A stretch of 64,000 nucleotides of DNA from Epiperipatus broadwayi (GCA_028023455.1 JAQFVV010000009.1:8184001-8248000), one strand, 5' to 3'; numbered from the stretch's first letter, positions 23,256-37,899 are shown. Notes: generated from the sequence alone by a model not told the origin. Numbers and translations: made by a program.

Positions 23256-25046
23256 GGTTTCTGCATTAGTTTTCATTTTATGAGAATTTTCAGACCAGTA
23301 TTATTACTTTTTGTTAAATGTGTATGTAACAATAAAAATTACTGGGTGCTATAAAATTTTATACTGTTTAGGATTACTATTTCTTGAAGTAGTTAAAATA
23401 TAAAAATATTGTCCACTCATATAATATTATAAGGATACAAACTTAAAGGGATGTGAGAGGTCATGTAAATCATCATCTTCAAAACCACAAAAATCATCAA
23501 ATAAAAGCGGCACTGTTTTTACCAATCATAGAAATAAGCAATAATCAGCACCTGAAGCCATTATAAGTAATAATATATGATACATATAGCAGAAATAATT
23601 GTCTAGAGTTAACAGTCAAACTTTGTGACTTAATTTAAAAGATAGCATAAAATCTTTGGCTAATCATCATTAAGCCAATGCCGAATTTAGGGAAGAATAT
23701 TATAAAAGCAATCAATGTTTCATTTGCATGCATATATTTATGTGCTAAAATAGCTACAATAATAAACATATTTAAAAAATGTTGGGATCTTTATATCCAT
23801 GTTCTGATCAATCAGATATCATAAGTGCACTGGCTATCAAGAAATTAATTATCAAATCTATAATGTAAAGTGAATGGACTTTAGGTGGTCTTCATTACTT
23901 TAGTGTCATCTAAATAATTCTAAAGATAACTATTATAATGATTAAACACATACACACACACATCACAAGAAACCTAGAGATTGTGAACAAGAGATAATAT
24001 ACAAGTCTTTATGAAATAAATTTTTTCGGTACATTTATATCTAGCTTCCTATTAAAGCATGACTCTATGATGAACTCAGTTTCACACCATTGACAATTCA
24101 CGGAGTAGATAATTGGAAGAATAAAGACATCAAAAAAAAAAAATTAACAAATAAGAACAAAAAAAATTTACAAAATGATAATGTGACAAACCCAAAGTTA
24201 ATACACCATTTCATGCAATATATTTATATATGATTTCATATAACATACTTATTATTACCATTGTATTTTTCTTAATTAATTAAAATTTAATTTAAATAAG
24301 TTATGCCTTTAAAATAATCAAATCCTATAAAAATTATTTGACAATAAAAAAATAAAAGTAACTTTAATCGGAATTTTTCTCCTCTTTTTTTTAAAAAAAA
24401 AAACAATTTAAACATCTTTTCAACAAAACAACTCAACATTATCCAATATTTTCATATTGTTCAATTCCTTATTAAGTAACATTTATATATTTAGATATTA
24501 CAACATCTTATTTTACTATGGATTTCCCATCTTTTTTTTTTCACTCATTCTTCTGTAGCTGCCTAGTTTAAAGTCTCTTCTTAACATCTTGCAGTTAGTA
24601 ATTTAGTTAGTTAATCCTTTTGTCTCTATTTTTTTTTTTCTTTTTTGTAATAGCATTCGCAGCAGTTATTTTTATCCATTTGGGTTTTTTTTTCAGAGCT
24701 CCAAATTTCCAGTTTAACAATTATTTTCATTTCACTTTTCATTCATTTACTTTCTATTTTTTTTTATTTTTGTAATTCTAGGTTTCCAGAATTTTTTCTT
24801 TTCTAATTTAACAATTATTTTCATTCAGATTAATATAAGTTGTGGCAGCCATTATTTTAAATGGATTATACATAAGATTTGAAAGTTTCTCTCAGGGACA
24901 TTTTCCTTTTCCTACATTCCTTTTAGTGAAATTGATCATAAAGTTGAATCAGTAATGATCAGTTTTTGCCAAAAGCTTAGCACATGGTTTTTGTAAATTC
25001 TATATACTATTATACTGTTTGCAAAAAATCTTTTTTTTTTTCCTCT

Positions 25047-25132
25047 TTTTTTTAATATTAAGAATGAGACCAGTTTAACATCAGACTATTTTTTTTAATA
25101 TTAAGAATGAGACCAGTTTAACATCAGACTAT
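25047..25132 (+). repeat. Perfect 43-bp tandem duplication
   Basis: tttttttaatattaagaatgagaccagtttaacatcagactat x2. Confidence 0.95.
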
Positions 25133-26044
25133 CAAGCTGAACTTTTGATTGCTGAATTTACTACTACCCTTTTCTAAAAAGAAAAAAAATCCTGATATAT
25201 AACTACCTCAAGAAAGATTTTTTTTTTTAAAAAAAAATCTATTTATACACTAACTGATGATACACAACCTTTCATGTAACAATTTCTTCAGAGACAAAAC
25301 TTATAATCACATTTTGTTTTTTTAATTATTGTATTTATACAACAATTGATAAAACAATTTTACACATAATTTCTTCAGAAATAAAATCTTAACCTCATCG
25401 TTTTTTATTTTTCAAAAATATATATAAACGAAACTACACAAGAAAAAAAATAATTCTTTTTTTTCTTCTTTGTTATATACAATAAAAATTAAACATACAG
25501 ACTATTATTATTATATTTCAAAATTTGTTGTTTGATCACTTCATGTATGTAAATCTTTTAACAACTATAACCTAATTAAATTCCTATTTAACAAAAAGGT
25601 TATCCTGCAGCTGGCATGAAAAGAAATAATTCTTCTTATTACATATACACATAATTGTGATTAACATTTTTAGATTTATTTTCATCTCAGCAAACAATAA
25701 TCATTTGGATATTGGTAAAGGTAAATGATTACTTTGCTAACTTTCATGAAATCCTTCTGATATTAATAATTTCAAAATTTCAACTGTTGCATATTGGCAA
25801 TTTTCCAAAAAGAAAAAAAAGCTGAATAATGGACTTTAAGTTTCATGAATTCCTTTAATAATTGCATTTTGAAATTGCAAAGGACTTCCATAAACTTGGA
25901 AATATACTGTACTATTACCACTTTTAAATATATAATACTCTTTCTCAGAAAAGTCTTGTGGATTCCCTAATTTTTATGATATTGTTGCTTTTTTAATATA
26001 TATATAATTCAATGATTCTTCACTTCTTTACTTATTTAAAAATA

Positions 26045-26241
26045 ATTCTATATTTAAACAGCATTTTGTGCATTTAACAAGAAAATATTATAAATTTATA
26101 AGGCGTTTAACTTGCAGAGCATGCTTTCGACATTTATAGTCAGACCATAAATGTCAAAAGTATGTTCAGCAAGTTAAACAACACCTTATAAATTTATAAT
26201 GTTTTCTTGTTAAACATGAAAATACTGTTTAAATATAGAAT
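26045..26241. repeat. ~197-bp palindrome with a 9-nt loop
   Basis: attctatatttaaacag...gacatttat [agtcagacc] ataaatgtc...ctgtttaaatatagaat; the arms pair along most of their length. Confidence 0.9.
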
Positions 26242-26854
26242 ATAAATATACAAAATTGAATAATATGACTCTACAAATCTTAATACTCAAATAATAAATT
26301 CTGTCTTGAGTTTTTGATATGACTGGCCAGTAGTTATACACAATTTTTTTAATTTATTGCTGCTGCAATAATGATTTTTTTTTGAAAAATCTGGCATTTA
26401 TCATATTTACTCATTATGCAGTCAAGTAGTATCTAAAAAATAATAATTCACAGATTTTTATTATCATTATCTTGGGCATTTAGATTCTTTTAAATTTTAA
26501 TATTAGCATTCTGTATTTGATAAGATAGGAATAATGTACATTTGGTGTAAGTTTTCTATTCATCTGAACTATTTCTGAAAGAACAATTATTGTTTAAATT
26601 AATTTCCTACTGAATATGGATGGAGCTTGAAGAATTCTATCAAAATTCAGATTTGCTCCCTTCTTGATATAAGTTCTCCTTTTAATATCTTTTATTAGGT
26701 TCTTAATCATATCATTTTCATTTTAGTAAAATACTCTAATAATATGAAAGATCATACTGAAAATAAAACTGTATCTTGCAAAAACAGGCCTTAAAATAAT
26801 TTCTCAAATAAGCATTCAATTTATTAAAAAAAAAAAAACTTTCCCTGAGAGTTT

Positions 26855-26955
26855 CATTGTATAGTTTAGTGCAATGGTAGAATGCATCATTCTCAACTAA
26901 ACAAAGTAAAGCTGCTTTCCAAGCAGCTGGTTTGGGTTCGCTTCCCGGTCAACAC
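26855..26955 (+). pseudogene. tRNA-Gly(TCC)-derived pseudogene or SINE head
   Basis: AGCTGCTTTCCAAGCAGCTGGTTTGGGTTCGCTTCCCGGTCAACAC matches the 3' two-thirds of tRNA-Gly-TCC (AGCTGCCTTCCAAGCAGTTGACCCGGGTTCGATTCCCGGCCAACGC); the D-arm region is disrupted by extra sequence. Confidence 0.75.
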
Positions 26956-28876
26956 TTTGACACATGAAAAAAAAATAAAATAAAATAAAAAAAAACTAAG
27001 TTTAGTCAAATGAAAGAAATTATTCAGCTCAACTTTCTATTTGGATATTTAAAAATCCCAGATCTCAAGCAACTAACCACATAGCAATAATTACTTAAGA
27101 TATTGATAATAATATTAAGACATTTGATGAGGAGAATTTATTATTATTATTATCTACAAGATATAGTTTTACGTTTTTGATATTTTTTTGCATTCTAAAC
27201 ATCTAATTTCTTTTCATGCATTGTAAATCTGTTTTCAATTGAATTGATAATTCAGTTTCTTGATTTTCATAATAGTTATTTTTGTGGCCATCAAATCATG
27301 AAAGCAAATAATTTATTATTATCTATTGATAATTTAATTTTTAATACTTCCAGTTTATCACCATTTGATTATAGTATGAACAACTTTTTTTTTTTAAAAA
27401 AAAAGTTCTATTTTTTTAGGTATGAATTTTTTTTTCTTGATGCTTAAATTGACAAATTCATTTTCTGAAGATAAATTTTCCATATTGAATTGTATTTTAT
27501 CATGCTATCTATCATTATATATACTCTTGAGATATAAATTTAACTGCAGGTTAATCAGTATTAAATCTGATCTATTCTTCATAACCTATATTTATATAAC
27601 AAGGTTTTATCACTTATAATAAGTTTTTGGGCTCTTCTTGTTTTGTTTTTTTACGTTTTTTAATATCCATTTATTTTTCATTTTTATTATTATTTATACT
27701 CTATTCTTAAGATGAAACAACCTTGCTACTAGGAACAAACAAAAAAAAAAAGACATTGATAATAATGAAAAAAAAAAAAATCTTTTGGTTACTAATCCAA
27801 ATTCTATATTAAATTATAAATATCAACTACTTTCGCCAGTCTTCAATAAATCTTAAATAATACTATTTATTATTTATGCTTTGTTCATCTTCATTTTAGC
27901 TACAACTTTTGCAACCATTTCTCAATTAAGACATTTTATTTTATCATATTTACAATCATACTTCATGTTTCTATAACACAGATATAGATTTATATTCTTC
28001 TAATCTTTTCAATAAATTATCATCTTTATAAATAGTAAACTATTTTGTGCCTTGAATTATTGCTTCATTCATGTAAAATTGTTTTTCCCATAAATTATAG
28101 AAGTCCTCATTCATTATGATTCATTGATTCCAAAAAAAAAAAATTGTATGATGAACAAATTTATATTAACTAAAGAGTAAGTAAAATTCCCACAAAAAAT
28201 GATATTAACATTTAATTGCAACCATAGCACAACAAAAGTATTGTATCTATTTTTATAGACTGTCATATAATAAATACATTTTTAAAAAAGTGATTATTAA
28301 TACAGTAGTTTGTAGTACAGTAGATATTTAAAAACACGTAAGAAAAAGATTAAATAAACACAAAAATTATAAAATTTTGCACAAAAAATATAATAATCAA
28401 TGCAAGTTATGAATTTGGAAAAAAAAAAACTCAGAAAATTAAAATTTATTCTTCCTTCATTGACTTTTTTTTATCTAATTATTCTGCTGAAACTTTCCCT
28501 TTATGAATTTTTACACTCAAATTTAAATTTGTCCTTAGGAATGAATAATATTCTTAAAAATAACTAAGAATATTATTTTTTATCAGATTACCAAATAAAT
28601 GGTAATGAAGATTAACAATATTTCTTAAAAAGACTTTCCCCTTTATAAATTAAAAATGGCTTTTATTTATCTGTTTAACTGCTATATATGAACCGCATTT
28701 AAGTTTTGAAATTTGAGAAGTTTAATAAAAGAAAATTCCTAATTTTGGCAAAAGGTGCTAAATTGTATTTTTAAATGGCAGATGATACCTACTTTTTATT
28801 TACCACTTATAACTTCTAATTTCACATTCAATTTACAAATACCAGATTTCTTTTTTAAGGTTTACATGATAATGTA

Positions 28877-29850
28877 CACCTGGGTCTCGTTTTATGCGGA
28901 TTATTTTAATGCGATTTTGAAGTTATGCGATTCATGTTTCTTCTTAATATCTTCCATATTTCACTATAGTTATTAGATATCAAGAAATTTAAATTATTAA
29001 TAACTTATTTTCACTTGAAATGCTTTTTTTATCTCAAAAATATATCGTTATATTAGCAGCTTACATGAATATGGCCTGAAGCTGTATTTAGAATTTTAGC
29101 TTCTATGTAAATAATCTATTTATACTAATGAATATATAATAATAATAGATTTATACTTACATATAAAAATATTGCAATAAATATTCAAAAAATTTAAACT
29201 TTTAAAACGTATTTTGTTATATATAACAGAAATAAATAATTTTTTAGATTTTTAAAATAAAAAACGAAGATTTTATAAACTGAAAATAATCTTTCTAATG
29301 ATAATGTATAATCTTTTTGTTTTGATTGCAATCTCATTTTTTTAATATAGAAACAGAAAATCATTAACACAGCACAAGATTGAAAGTGGCGTTAGTTGTA
29401 CATCATTACCACGAATAAAAATAAAGTGGCTAACAGGTTTCTCTGGGCATAATTGCTGAGAGATTCTTGACTTCGTTTAAGGAGAAGCCACAATACATCA
29501 TATCACATTGAATCTGATTTCTTGCCAGTTTTACAAATGAACACTAGCGGTAATGATTAAAATATGTATGAAAAATGTAAAATTAAATATTGTAGTTAAT
29601 AAAAAAAAGTTTGTCTTGTATTAATTTTTTTCAAATATTTGAAATTTTTTATTAGTCATACTTTATTTGCTTATTTTTTTAATGCGAATTTTAAAGTAAT
29701 TTTTTCTTGTTGCTTTGCTTTTATGCGAATTCTGAAAATTACAGCACCTATCCCCCATTTTCCAAGGTAAGTTAAGTCTATTTTTGTGTGATTGTTTTTA
29801 ATGCGGGTTTTCTGTGGAATCTATCTACCGCATAAAATGAGACCCAGGTG
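28877..29850. mobile_element. Non-autonomous Tc1/mariner-superfamily (pogo/Tigger-like) element, copy 1
   Basis: 23-bp TIRs CACCTGGGTCTCGTTTTATGCGG / CCGCATAAAATGAGACCCAGGTG with TA on both flanks; second copy at 50641-51684. Confidence 0.93.
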
Positions 29851-29981
29851 TACTATAAAACAATATATGTTTATAAATATATAATATTTGAAAATACCAT
29901 TACATTTTTAAATCATTCATATTTTCTTTACTTATAAAATTAATAAATACATAATCAATTATCATTGTTTGATATGGTAAT

Positions 29982-30056
29982 AGTTTGAAGATGACCCAAT
30001 GCTGATGAGTGTGAAAAGATAATCTTCACTGAAAAAATTATGTAAGCTGCTTTCTT
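29982..30056 (+). repeat. 75-bp copy of mariner internal sequence at 31712-31786
   Basis: 74/75 identical by eye. Confidence 0.92.
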
Positions 30057-31088
30057 ATGAAATATTTTTGATAACTCATGCTATTATGTATATGTAAAAG
30101 ATAGAAGTTGCATCTTGGACACATCATTTACGCACTTATTATTTAGTTCCTTTATTATTAATTTAACTATTTTGTGTTTATTTTTAAATAATATCTTTTA
30201 TGTAAGTTTTCTCAAAATAGAACTTATGTAGAAAAAAGTAGTTTACTGAATTTTTTAACTATTGAGCAAAAATTTGAGTATGATGACTTAATCTGATTAT
30301 CATTCACATCTTGTACAATAGTTTTGATTATTAATGTACAAAAACTTATTGAGTCTATATATCCCTAATTTTTCAAAAAAAAAAACAAAAAAAAAACATT
30401 AGACTCTGAACTCTCCCTATCATTCATTTTGGCAGATAATGATCTAATAGCATTGTTAGATTTCTGCACTAATTATTGGCATTTAGTCATGATTGCTAAA
30501 ATTCAAGTTTTTTTTATTAAGTTTAAAAGCAATGACAGCTTTATCATACTCATTATTAAAGAACTTTATAGGTTTAATTTTATTTGTTGCCACTACTCCA
30601 AGTCTTTGTTTCTTTGATTTAAGATCATTACATTCAAAAGAGATAGATAGGAAATGAAAGATTAGCTACAGAATCATATTTCTTTACAAAAACTCATATC
30701 TGAACTAATGTTTCAAGATTACTTTCAACAATAAAATTTGTTTTTGTTATTACTGACAAAGCCCATTGTCTTATCATTTTTTACTTGAGGGAATAATTCT
30801 TTTTAGCAGCTCTTAACTTTATGTCATATTTTCATGACTTATCATTTGTATGATCTTTGACATCAAATAGAGCCATAATCAAACAACATTGTCAATAAAG
30901 TAATGCTTAAATAAAGGCTGTGGTATAACTTGGAATCAATCAATGGGATTACAACACAAACTATAATAATGTAATTAACTTTACATATATAATTATTAAA
31001 GATAAAAACTATAAAGACAAAACATAGCAGTAATAAATCAAAGATATTATGAAAAAAAAAACAAATGACAAGTATAAACTTATACAAA

Positions 31089-32207
31089 TATGAGGGTAAC
31101 TCTGAAAATACTGTAATGTGGCAAACAGTATAAATTATTAATTGTGCATAAGCATGAGTAATGGTTGAACTCTAACATATTTTGGCAGCAGTAAGGTAAA
31201 CTTCACCATTATAAGTCATGGAGCTAAAATGAGTACACTATAACATTATATTTTATGATTTTAAAGTTGATTTATCAGAAAATTGTATATAGAATTTATA
31301 TTTGGTACTTGGTGAAGAAGCATCATTATGGGCAACTATCTTTAAATGGTTTAAAGAATTTTGTAGGGCATAGATCAATTCATGACAACAAACATATGAA
31401 AGACTTGTCCCAAGTTATCCAAAAAATATGACTCATGTCTATAAAATGACAGTAGACAACAAACAGTGCATCTACTAAATGATAGGCATTACCCATGAGT
31501 TGGATCTACATGACGAATGAGAAATTAAAAAAAAAACTGTTTTACTTTGGATGCCACACCAATGGAGGAGCAAAAACTGAGTGCCTGAGAATCACTCAAT
31601 AGATTGTAATTGCTTAATAATGAATCATTAAATCATTTTTCTAATATTAACAGGTAATGGAATCTATAATTCAATTACAATATGTTGACACATCAAAAAA
31701 TAGAATATAGGAGTTTGAAGATGACCCAACGCTGATGAGTGTGAAAAGATAATCTTCACTGAAAAAATTATGTAAGCTGCTTTCTTCAGAAATACAGGAT
31801 TGAAGAATACTATTAAGCTAGAATGACAGAAGGCTGCCACAGTATCCTGGTACAGGCTCTCAATGGCCTAAGGGACTTAATGTTCCATCAAGTCAATACA
31901 TATTTTCATAGTGCAGTAGTAACTTTAAACTTTTAAGCCACTAAACATTGCATGATCACCATTTCCTAGGCTTGTGCAAGCTGTTAAACCAGAGGCAAGC
32001 TCTCCATTCAGTAGTACCATCCAATGCAAGGTAGAATAAACAATGGATGCAAGAGAGTTTGAGTATAAAATCCCTATTTAGTGCCTATTCATCCAACATC
32101 TCCAGACCAGTTTCTAGCTTGTGGTTTTCATCAGTGAGGACTCTGAATCTGAGATCACTGCACTTAGACCTTAGGATCTAATGGAACCTTCCAGCAGCTA
32201 CCTTTTA
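31089..32207 (+). mobile_element. Decayed mariner transposon
   Basis: Left end TA-TGAGGGTAACTCTGAAAA; translations YDFKVDLS...GEEASLWATIFKWFKEF (HTH), WMPH, LTG(D), KIM.AAFF, PYS; degenerate right TIR near 32189-32207. Confidence 0.82.
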
Positions 32208-35200
32208 CCTTTTTAGAAAACTATAAAGCTCCAAGTTCAAAATGAAAACACAATAATGTTTCCAATCTAAGAGCATTCACTTCTATAGTCATACAGATCT
32301 GAACACAGTCCAGCATCTATATATTTTGTTGTCTTTGGTTCTTCAATAATCATAGTCACCATCATCCCATTACGCAGGATAACCATTTCCTATGCTTACA
32401 CAAAGTAGTGCCAACCCAGGACAAACCAAAGTAATCAATGGATGCAAGTTTGCACTGGGTGACATTATTTTATGAAGAGTTTTGCCTCTGTTTTAACTAA
32501 ACTTTCTAAAAAAATAAATAAATGCAGTTATCAAACACTGTACATATTCACATGATCTTGCAATGTGCAACTTCGATTATTCTTTAATCTCAAAAACAAT
32601 TTACATAGTCACTGTTTTATTTCAAAAAATGTGATTAAATTAACAATACTATAATATTGCCTTTTTTTTTTTTATTATTCTATTACCAAAAATGAGTGGT
32701 ATGACACCTGCCATCTATAGAAAATTCATCTTCAAAAAATGCATTACTACTGTGGAGGACTACCTTGAACACTCATAAAGTTTTGTGAGTTTAACTATAT
32801 GTTTGCCCATATCTCAATATTTTCAGTATGATGTTGAAATTAATATAACCCGTTATATAAAGTAAAAATCAAAATATAAGTAAAAAATTCTGCACACATT
32901 TTTTTGGGATTTATATTTTTCCATTTTTTTTGAAGGCATTTTAAAGATTTTTTTACCTCTCATTATATTTTTCATCACATTTACCTCTCTATTTTGAATT
33001 TTTCTTGAATGATAGCCATATTTTACTTGAATTTTTCATTTAGTCTTCTACAGTGAATATTGATTTTTTTATCCCAAATTACTGATCATTTTAATAGATT
33101 TTTAACTATATTTATACTATTACAGAATTGAGTCATATATAAATGCATTCTATTATAATATGACAATCCTCTTCTATCATTATATAATAAATTTTGTACT
33201 TTTTTTTAATGTCTTCATATTTGATTTCTGTGTTTTTATCATCTTATTCTCAAATCTATATGCTTGCTTGAATAATCATCATATCTCTCTATCCAATGCA
33301 TTTTCAGTCCAACAGAAATGATTCATTATTTCTGTTGTTATCCTAACATAATAATCTATTTAATATTTTGTTCTATAACCTTTTCAAATTATTTCAAAGA
33401 ATCTATAATTGTTGTATTTTTATAATTTTTGGATTTAAACTATATATGGTTGGATGTAAACTATATATGGTCAGATGTTTTACTCTAGGAAACAAATCTA
33501 CTAGATAATTTTGAAATGAAATCTTCTACTAGATAGTTTATTCTTTGCTTATCCAAATTTTGAATGTATAAGTAACTGTTGTTATATTGTAACAAATACA
33601 CTTGATTGAATAAAAGAAAAATGTACTGAACATAATAAAAATTATATCATACTATCCATATTCCCAAGAACCAATAAATATAATATTCTAATAGTTACAA
33701 CAGATATCTACAAATACCTTTTTTTTAATTAATTTTTTTCATGCTTTTCTCTTTATAGTTACCTGTGATTGTGCAATGTACATATATAAATACAAAAAAT
33801 TACTTTTTGAATAGATAAAATAAAAATATATAAAAATGGAAAAAGATATTTGGGGGGGGGGGGGCTAGAAAAAGAATTTTAACACACAAACAAACAGAAA
33901 TAAAAGGCTGCTTACTTTCAACATAAATTCCAGAAGGTAGCTTAAGAAGAAGATAAGAAATTAAGAATAGAAGTAAGAAGTACAAATAATAATATGCTTA
34001 CATTTATTACAGAGGTCCGGACACTCTCCATGGGAGGCTGGACCTTCAAAAATTAATTTAGAAAAAAAAAAAATTTAATTACTGCTATTATTACTTTTTA
34101 AAATGAAAATTAAATAAATATTTATTTTTTAAATAATATATACATAAATAATAACATATTGACTCATTTAATTACATTTCAAATATGTATATTGAAATTC
34201 TTCTATTAAATATTATACACTTCTGAATAAATAAAAACCTTAGCAAATGGTAAATGATCCCCAAAATACATTTACATTCGATTAGTTTCACTGATCAATA
34301 TATTATCTAATGATGAGACAGTAAGTTACTGATTGTCTTTTACAATATTATATAAAGGCATGTTTTGTTTTTAGAAGACATTTTTTATCATAATATGGTA
34401 ATAAAAAAAATCTTTAAAGTTTATTTTAATAACTTAATAATAAAATCAATATGTAATTATTTTTATTGTTGAATGTGCTTAATCAAAAATAAAACTTCCA
34501 GTAATTTAAGTGGTTATGTGATAAATTGTTCTCAAACAATATTTATTATTAGTTTTACATATATTCAGGTAACACAAAAAGATTAAAAAGTACTGAGTTG
34601 CAAAAATAATTGTAATAATTTTTACGTACAATGATTGAAATCTAATGGTTAAAAAAAATTTTAAATAGCTGAACTTATGTTAAGTCACATTAATAAAAGA
34701 TATTGTAATATTAAAAAAAAAAAAAAAGGATTATTAAAACATAAAAAAAAAAACAATTCTGTGATTAATCTAAAACGAAGAGAGATGTAAATAGTAATCT
34801 TTCTTCTGCTTGACAGTGTATCCATCCAGTTCAATCTAAGCTGCCTGTATAATTAAATATGAAACACCAGATTAGCAATTATAACATAATCTTAAAGTTA
34901 ACTGCAGACACATATTATCTTTGAGGATAAGGGAGGTTATAAATATGTATATTTGCCACGTATACATTTAAAATACTCTATATAATATTAACAACCCACA
35001 GAGACTAAACCTATTAAATACGTGACTAAAGATCTTCTTTACTGCCATTGCACATGCATACTGAACACTTCATAAAAAATAAAAATATTTATAGTTCATA
35101 ATATCTATCTATTTTACAAAAATAAATTAAAATCAGCATTAAAATTTATTCAATTCTGAGATTTTATTTCAATTAAAATTTGTATTATACAATTTATGCT

Positions 35201-35834
35201 TATTCCTTTCTACTTTCAATTTAGATTTGTTCACTATTACAAATTGATCTACCATTCCATACTATTTCATTTCATTCTATCTCAATATAAATCATGAGTT
35301 GTTCACATATCTCTGTATATTGCACATCTCTGTATCTTTAAAATTCTAAAAAAAAAAAAAAAAAGGTTGTATCTTGACATTCTTATAAATATGACAAAGA
35401 AAAATACAGATCAGATTTTTGATTTACATCTAAATATTAGAATGTTGTCAAAATGACAATATACTGGAAATTTTCCTTTATGCCCATCATAGCTTTTTTC
35501 CAAGGTCAAAAAAGATAAATATTTATTAATTATATGCATCACATTACTGAATATAATCCCCACAAAAACAGAATATTTCATTTAAAAATAAAATCTCCAA
35601 TTTTATTAAGAAATTCTTTTGCAAAATTTGAAAAATATGAAGTCTGTATATTCACTCTATAAAAATCACTCCTGACTATTTCAGATACTCCTAGTTCTGT
35701 TTTTAAAATAAATTCTAACTGTGACAACCAAAAAAAAAATGCTTATACTTCATTATATTTGCATTTTTTAACATTCACATTAGACTGAACAAATCTATTT
35801 GTCCAATTTCTCTTGTAATGATCAAACTAGTATA

Positions 35835-37410
35835 TTTCACAATTTTACATTATTTATTTACATAAGTTATATGGAGTGCCACCTGGCTTTAAGTATCAGG
35901 AAATAAACTAACATACATATATTTAAAACAATATTTTAATCAATATAATAATGCAACCATTATGCAGCCCATTTGTAATGCCAGGCTAAATTGCTGAGAA
36001 CATAAGTTATTCCCGATGAACAATGGTAGACCATGCAATCTTACATAAACAAAGTAACAAATCATGTAATAATAATTTATTTACAAGTGTACTTATTAAT
36101 TGATGTACAATTTATTTCCTTTAATAAAATGAACAAATCATATAATAATAACTTATTTACAAAGTATAATCATTAATTGATATGCAATTTATTTATTTCT
36201 TTAACAAAATCTATTAATCTTATACATCATAGTATCAATATATTCGTAGATTAATTTAACATATTCACCATATCTTTAACCCTGATTTCAATAAACTTAA
36301 ATATAATTCTATGCACATATGAATCCATAAATACAAACATTTCTTTAACTTGCATGACTCTTGGTACTTATACATACTTGCTACCTTTATCACAATAATC
36401 ATAAGATATGGTCTTTTAGATCCTAATCCTAAACATTATCGCTTATATAAAAATAACCATAAAGGAATGGCCTTTTGGTCCTAAATCTTTAACATAATAA
36501 TTATAAGAAGTGGCATTTTGATCTTAAACCTAATTTAAAACAACAAAAATTTATTCCGGGATGACTCATTCTGAGATCGATCTCTAACTCATTAAACTGA
36601 TAGAAATGTATTCTCCCATATAGATGTGAACATATGCAAACTAGTAAACACTGAACAAACAACTGCACATATATAAATTCATGTACATAAAATACAATTT
36701 CAGTGATCAAATATAAGTTCAACTATAAATGTGTGAGATTAATGAAAATAAGTACATATTACTAAGGATATTTAAGATATAGGTAATTTATATATGTGCA
36801 TTGCATTTACATGATTATCATTATTTTTTTACCCTTTTCTCTAATTAATAACTTAAATAAAATACATAAACTTAGCATACATATATGTTGCATAATTTTT
36901 TTTTTTTCTTTTCAAATAAAGAAAAGTTATTACAATTTTTTTTTTCTTTCTTTTTTAACTGACAGTTTATTTTAAAATAATATCTTGGATAATAAGCCTT
37001 ATTTATAAATCCAAATTATTTAAAATAAAGTACAAATCAGTCTAAATATAAGACTCACCCAAAACAAAATAATTGCCATTCACTTCTTTCTGACAAATAT
37101 TAAAAGTCCGTTTAGAGTGATAGCATAGCCTTTTTGTAATTGCTAGCTGCCTTTTAAATAAGCACTAATTCTTCATTTCAGCTAGTTATTTAAAATATGA
37201 TTCAAAAGTGTTCAAAATTAGATCTACTAGATAACTGTTATTAGTGTCCCTGTTTTTTATTAGTGAAGTCCTGGAATTTGAATGAAGTAGTATTCCAATC
37301 TGATTTAAGAGAAAATAAACTCCCAGGACTTCACTATGCCATATGAATAAAAATCAAAATTTACGATTTTTATCTTGAACCTCATTTTAGTTTTTTTTTT
37401 TTTTTTATTG
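35835..37410. repeat. Unclassified ~1.6-kb dispersed repeat, uninterrupted copy
   Basis: Colinear with 39220-39317 joined to 48476-49621 and 50206-50572. Confidence 0.88.
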
Positions 37411-37899
37411 AAATAAATATTGAATTGTTCATTTCAAATTCATGAACTTAAAAACAAAAAAGCAACAACAACAACAAAAAAAATGATTGTACTTATTAAA
37501 AATTCCCTTAAAATCCATTTGGCATTTTACAAGCTGTTTTCCAGCCATGGGTTTATATAAGATTGTTTGGGTGTAGTTTGATAATAAAGTTTATCTTGGG
37601 GGCTTTTTCTTTCATTGCAACTGTAGACAAAAAACCATTGAGGTGGAGAAAATTGTGTTTAATTTCTTCCTAGTTATAAGTAAAATTGATAATCAGTAAA
37701 ATTCTTGTTATGCATAACTCTGTAAAAATATAGTATAACGATATAACACACAGATTTAAGGTTTGCTCGATGCTATAAGATTTCTTTATTTAATAAATTA
37801 ATCAGCATGAGAAGCAAGTCTTTAATTAGTTTTTGTCATTTTGGGGATAAAGTAAACTTTGCTCTATTTTAATTTGTACTTGTTGATCCAGCTGTGAGA

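Noticed and set aside
30001-30030. Hammerhead-like CTGATGA..GAAA
   Set aside because: No helix II or I can form, and the sequence is mariner transposase coding sequence.
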